Source: Acidobacteriota bacterium (GTDB taxonomy: Bacteria > Acidobacteriota > UBA890 > WLXD01). From it: a stretch of DNA of 64,000 nucleotides. Made by a program: the position numbers and the translations under genes. Shown here piece by piece: positions 59,936-64,000 of this stretch (position 1 is the first letter of the stretch; every line of letters begins with the position of its first letter). The notes below the pieces were generated by a model. That model was given only the letters and a program-made list of their open reading frames with translations, was not told where the DNA came from and made no database searches. The stretch covers positions 3,232,001 to 3,296,000 of the forward strand of contig CBDFKD010000002.1 of assembly GCA_965248695.1 (NCBI GenBank), written 5' to 3'.

Positions 59936-61105
59936 TCACGGGCACAACGTCGCCGCGGCGATGGCGCCGTACCCGCGCCTGGCCGCCAGCAACTGCGCAA
60001 CTTCGAGGTATTCGTCGACGACGTGTGCCTGACCCTCCCGCGAGGGGCCGTAGCCGATCGTCGGAACCCCGGCATGGCCGGCGCTGTACGCGGCGTTGGT
60101 GCAGAACTGGTAGCTACGCAATCCGGGCGTCTGGTCAACTCGAGTCAGCGCCGCCATCGATCGGGTCACCAGCTCGTGCGTTTCCGGCAGCTTCCAGGGA
60201 GCAAACCACTTCGGCACCTCCCATCGAACGCCCGTATACGTCGCGTAGTCGGCGGTAGCGAGGCGGATCTCAACGTCGCCGACGCCGGCATCGGCGCAAA
60301 CCGCTCCCAACTCCTCGCGTAGCGCCTCCTCGGTCTCGCCAGGTAGCAGCCGGCGCTCGTAGGTAGCGCGGCAACCGCTCGGCACAACCGAGTGTGCCGG
60401 GTGTGGAATCGAGATGATGTCGGTGAGGCACATGACACCGTCGCCAACGAACGGGTCACTGCGCATCGGCAGTGCCTCGATCTGCTCGATCACCGCCCGC
60501 ATCGAATGCACCGCATTGACGCCCTTTTCGGGAGTCGACGCGTGCGACGGCACACCGGTGGTAGCCACGACCCACTCGGCGCGGCCGCGGCCGGCGCGCA
60601 CGATGTCGAGCTCTGAGGCTTCGCCAATGACCACGAAGTCGGCGCCGTGCCGCTGCATGACGACGCGCAAGGCCGCCCCTTCGAGAAGCTCCTCGCCGAC
60701 CGAGGCAGAGACCACCGCGCGGCCCCTTAGCTTCGATCGATCGAGCCTGCCGATACCGTGGATCATCGCCGCCAGCGCACCTTTCATGTCCGAGCTGCCA
60801 CGGCCGTATATTCGTCCGTCGACGGTTTCTCCTCCGAACGGATCGTGCGACCAGGCCGAGCGTGGGTGGACGTCGACGGTGTCCATGTGGGCGTCGAACA
60901 GAATCGTCGGACCCGCGCCGGCCCCCTGAACCACGCCGACGGCATTGCCGGAAGCGTCGATCTCGACCTCGTCGTAGCCCAGCTGTCGCATTTCGGCGAC
61001 GACGCGCTCCGCTACCGGCTTTTCGCCGCCGAGGACGCTCGGAATGCGCACCAGGTCGGCGGTCAGCGAAACCAGGGCCGCGTCGCCTTCCGGCAGATCG
61101 ATCAT
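59936..61105 (-). CDS. M20-family metallohydrolase (YgeY/ArgE/DapE-like)
   Basis: FDAHMDTV, IYGRGSSDMKG, GEE, VIGE, GRGR, FCTNA, GYGP..E..AH..DEY. Confidence 0.88.
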   Translation of the reverse strand: MIDLPEGDAALVSLTADLVRIPSVLGGEKPVAERVVAEMRQLGYDEVEIDASGNAVGVVQGAGAGPTILFDAHMDTVDVHPRSAWSHDPFGGETVDGRIYGRGSSDMKGALAAMIHGIGRLDRSKLRGRAVVSASVGEELLEGAALRVVMQRHGADFVVIGEASELDIVRAGRGRAEWVVATTGVPSHASTPEKGVNAVHSMRAVIEQIEALPMRSDPFVGDGVMCLTDIISIPHPAHSVVPSGCRATYERRLLPGETEEALREELGAVCADAGVGDVEIRLATADYATYTGVRWEVPKWFAPWKLPETHELVTRSMAALTRVDQTPGLRSYQFCTNAAYSAGHAGVPTIGYGPSREGQAHVVDEYLEVAQLLAARRGYGAIAAATLCP

Positions 61106-63849
61106 CGGTCGGCCGCGCGGCGAGCTCCCGGCTCGTCGAAGTTACGCTGGCCGTCCACGTCGCGGTCAATCCCCAGCCGAACTCCGGAACCTGACGGGAC
61201 GCAGGTGAAGGTGACCTCGCTCCCGGATGCCGCCAGGCGCTTGAGAGCCGCCAGGGTTAGCGGGTCATCGGCCGCTGAATCGGACAGGAATCGTTGGCGC
61301 GATGCGTCGTAGACCCAACCGCGCTCGACGCCGTCCTGCAATGACTTGGCGATCAGCTCGACAACGCCGGCGTCGGCCAGAGCCACGATGCTGGCTATGA
61401 GCTTCCGCTGACCGTTCGCACGACGGATCGTCGCCTGCCTGCCGACCGCCGCGTGCGTGTCGTTGCTCAGCGACCCCGGCGGCGTCGTCGCCGACGCCGG
61501 CAGGTCCGAGCCCGAGAAGGCGAGCATGAGCGCCACCAGATCAGCGACCTCCTGATCGCTCTGCACACCGAAGACCTCGGCGCTGATGAATCTCTCGACC
61601 GAGTCCACCGAGCCGTCGTGCAGAACGCCGAAGCCCGAACGGCTCAGCTTCTTGGCCGTGGTCATGCCGACCTTGTCGTAGAGCGTGCGCAGCTGCGGCA
61701 CCTTGAAGCCACGCTGCACGGAGGCGTCATTGCCGATCAGCGCCAGGTGCTGCTCGCCACGAGGACCGACCGGAATCGCTTCAAAGCTCAGATCGACGCG
61801 GCGGAATGGGGTTCCGGCGCCGGTCGGCAACGTGTGGCAGGTAGCGCAGGCAAGCCCGCCGTCGAGACCCCGCGTCAGGTCCTGGAACAACGTCAGTCCG
61901 CGGCGCGCATTGCCGGCGGGCAGTCGCTGGCCGGCACCCCCGAAGCGGCCCGTGCGGTAGTGCCCGTCCAGCACCAACCGGGGCGGCAGCGAGTTGTCGA
62001 TCTCGCGAAAGGGGTTGGGAGGGATGGAAATCGTCGCCAGGAAGTCCTCGAATTGCTGCATCTGCTTGCGGGTGAGCCGTTTGTTGTCGCCCAGCAGACC
62101 GACGAAGGCGTCGTTGAACTCCTCGATCCCGTCACGATCACCGCGCCAATGGTGCGGCTCCATGCCGATGATGTCCTGCAGGGTTTGCGTCGTCATCGGA
62201 CCCTTCATCGGATGCCAGGGCATGAACTCGTCGAGGGGGACGAGCGACGTGTTCTGGTCTTCGAGGGTCTTGAGACTACCGTCCGGAGCTCCGAGGTCCC
62301 ACGCCAGGCGGTCGGTACGGGCGTCGAGATGGCACGAGGCGCAGGCGACATGGCCGAGCCCCGATGTGGCGTGTGTGTCGTACAGGAAGGGGCGCCCCTT
62401 CTTGATCGCCGAAGGTGTCGGATCGAACAGGGCGACGCGCTGCGCCTGCCGGCCGGTCGGCGTATCGACTACCGAGATCGTTGCACTGAAGCGATTCAGC
62501 ACGTAGAGGCTCTCGCCGTCGAGATCCAGCGCCAGCCCCGTAGGCCCCTGACCGACCTCGACGGGGCTTCCGAGACGCGTACCCCCAGCATCGATACGAA
62601 CGAGGTTGTTGGAGCCCATACCGGCAACCCAGGCCTGGGTACCGTCGGCGCTCCAAACGATCGCGCGCGGGTCGCCGATGGAAAGCTCGCGCTGTCTTGT
62701 GGCAATCGTCGAAGTCGTGTAGTCGAGGTGCGGGTTGAGGTCGACGACCTGGGCAACTCGGCGGCCAGCACCGTCGATGATGGCGGCGTTGACGCGCAGG
62801 AAACGGCCATTGAGAACAGGCTCGAAACGCACCTCGTTGGTACCGTCGGTGCCCACGACGACGACATCGCCGCTCACCGGGTTGATCGCCAGCGCCATGT
62901 TGGCGTTCATCAACCGATCTACGTAGCTCACCTTCAAGCTCGTGGCGTCGATGATCGCCACGTCGCGGTCGATAACGTCCCACCCACGCGGACGGCCAGA
63001 GCGCTGCGAAAGCGACCCGCTGACCAGCTCCGTCCAGTCGCCGGCGTTGTCGTCAAGCCAGCGGCCGGTGTCGTTCTTCTTGACGATCATGGCCACCGGG
63101 GGCGGTGGCGGCAGGCCGCTGGCAATCCGCGGCTCGAAGGCACTACCGCTGTTGGGTGGTGGATTCTGCCCGTCGTAGGGACCCTCCGGGTCGCTGACCA
63201 CGTTGAGCGGGATCACACCGATACCGGACAGGTCGCCGTCGAGACCGCCGCCGAGTGACGTCGACCCGTTGCCGGACTCGAATACCGCCACATACACGGT
63301 GTCTCCATCCGGACTGACGGCCATGGCCCGAGGGTCTTCGGCATCGATCTCGATGACTCGGGGCTTGGCGTCGAGCTTCGTCGGGTTGAACACCAAGACG
63401 CGGTTCACCTGGGAACACGACACGAAAGCGCGCTCGGGGTTACCGGCAAAGACTACGTCGGTGGGCTCGTCGTCGACTTCTAGCGTCGCTCGCACGCGCA
63501 AGGTGGAGACGTCGATGATGCTGACGCTGTCCGAGATGTGGTTGACGACCCATGCTTCGTCGTCGGTTCGGAAGCGCACCGAGACCGGGTCGAGGCCGGC
63601 AAAGACGGAACCTCGAAGGACGGGCTTGCTGCCTGCCACATCGAAGATCTCGAGACGACTGGCGGCGGTATTGACTGCTGCCAGCGTGGTGCCGTCGGGG
63701 CTCAGATCGAGCGGATGGACGTGCGGCGATTCCCAGTTGACGAACGATCCCCGGTCGAGCGACCGGGCCCCTGGAGGTGCCAGCAGGATGAGCGCGAACA
63801 GCACCGCCAGCGCCAGGCCGACGGCGCCCACATGGTGGCGAGCCCGCAT
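61102..63849 (-). CDS. Secreted YVTN-type beta-propeller fused to a di-haem cytochrome c (peroxidase-like) domain
   Basis: Signal peptide; WVVNHISDSVSIID and VGQGPTGLAL blades; haem motifs CASCH and CATCH; FKVPQLR, HDGS; start uncertain (63849-63957). Confidence 0.85.
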   Translation of the reverse strand: MRARHHVGAVGLALAVLFALILLAPPGARSLDRGSFVNWESPHVHPLDLSPDGTTLAAVNTAASRLEIFDVAGSKPVLRGSVFAGLDPVSVRFRTDDEAWVVNHISDSVSIIDVSTLRVRATLEVDDEPTDVVFAGNPERAFVSCSQVNRVLVFNPTKLDAKPRVIEIDAEDPRAMAVSPDGDTVYVAVFESGNGSTSLGGGLDGDLSGIGVIPLNVVSDPEGPYDGQNPPPNSGSAFEPRIASGLPPPPPVAMIVKKNDTGRWLDDNAGDWTELVSGSLSQRSGRPRGWDVIDRDVAIIDATSLKVSYVDRLMNANMALAINPVSGDVVVVGTDGTNEVRFEPVLNGRFLRVNAAIIDGAGRRVAQVVDLNPHLDYTTSTIATRQRELSIGDPRAIVWSADGTQAWVAGMGSNNLVRIDAGGTRLGSPVEVGQGPTGLALDLDGESLYVLNRFSATISVVDTPTGRQAQRVALFDPTPSAIKKGRPFLYDTHATSGLGHVACASCHLDARTDRLAWDLGAPDGSLKTLEDQNTSLVPLDEFMPWHPMKGPMTTQTLQDIIGMEPHHWRGDRDGIEEFNDAFVGLLGDNKRLTRKQMQQFEDFLATISIPPNPFREIDNSLPPRLVLDGHYRTGRFGGAGQRLPAGNARRGLTLFQDLTRGLDGGLACATCHTLPTGAGTPFRRVDLSFEAIPVGPRGEQHLALIGNDASVQRGFKVPQLRTLYDKVGMTTAKKLSRSGFGVLHDGSVDSVERFISAEVFGVQSDQEVADLVALMLAFSGSDLPASATTPPGSLSNDTHAAVGRQATIRRANGQRKLIASIVALADAGVVELIAKSLQDGVERGWVYDASRQRFLSDSAADDPLTLAALKRLAASGSEVTFTCVPSGSGVRLGIDRDVDGQRNFDEPGARRAADR

Positions 63850-64000
63850 GGTCGTCTTCTCGAATTCGGGGGATCGGGGAGGCTCGAACTGCGGCGACGG
63901 TACCATCTCGCGCCGATGCGACGCTGGCAGCTCAGCGCCCAGCGCCGCCCCCGACAAACCGTTTGACCGGTGCGCTGGCCTGATCTACCAGAAGGTGATC

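Overview
High-GC bacterial chromosomal window, most likely Acidobacteriota (inferred from the PadR + ADOP duplicated-permease pair, five PQQ-like beta-propeller genes and a BNR/VPS10 glycosyl hydrolase). About 50 genes; no rRNA, tRNA or CRISPR array seen. Housekeeping-type genes: ogt, lepB, BON-LysM, sahR-ahcY, dut. Main points: (1) a 10 kb betaine-catabolism cluster joining a trigonelline-type (TgnB/C/D-like) N-methylpyridinium ring-opening module and a BCCT transporter to a carnitine/butyrobetaine CoA module. (2) A 1404 bp IS256 element with a 9 bp target duplication cleanly splits a REC-PAS-degenerate GGDEF-EAL gene, which lies downstream of a propeller hybrid kinase and upstream of pilV/W/X-like genes. 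(3) Four ~22 bp GGAGG-containing repeats lie in front of that kinase. (4) A 291 bp CTAG-flanked MITE-like element with nested hairpins. (5) A BlaI-M56 locus whose operator recurs in front of two tiny membrane proteins. (6) A stand-alone EhpF/LuxE-like + LuxC-like gene pair. (7) A beta-propeller/di-haem cytochrome c gene coupled to an M20 hydrolase. All family assignments are by eye from motifs; no database search was run.
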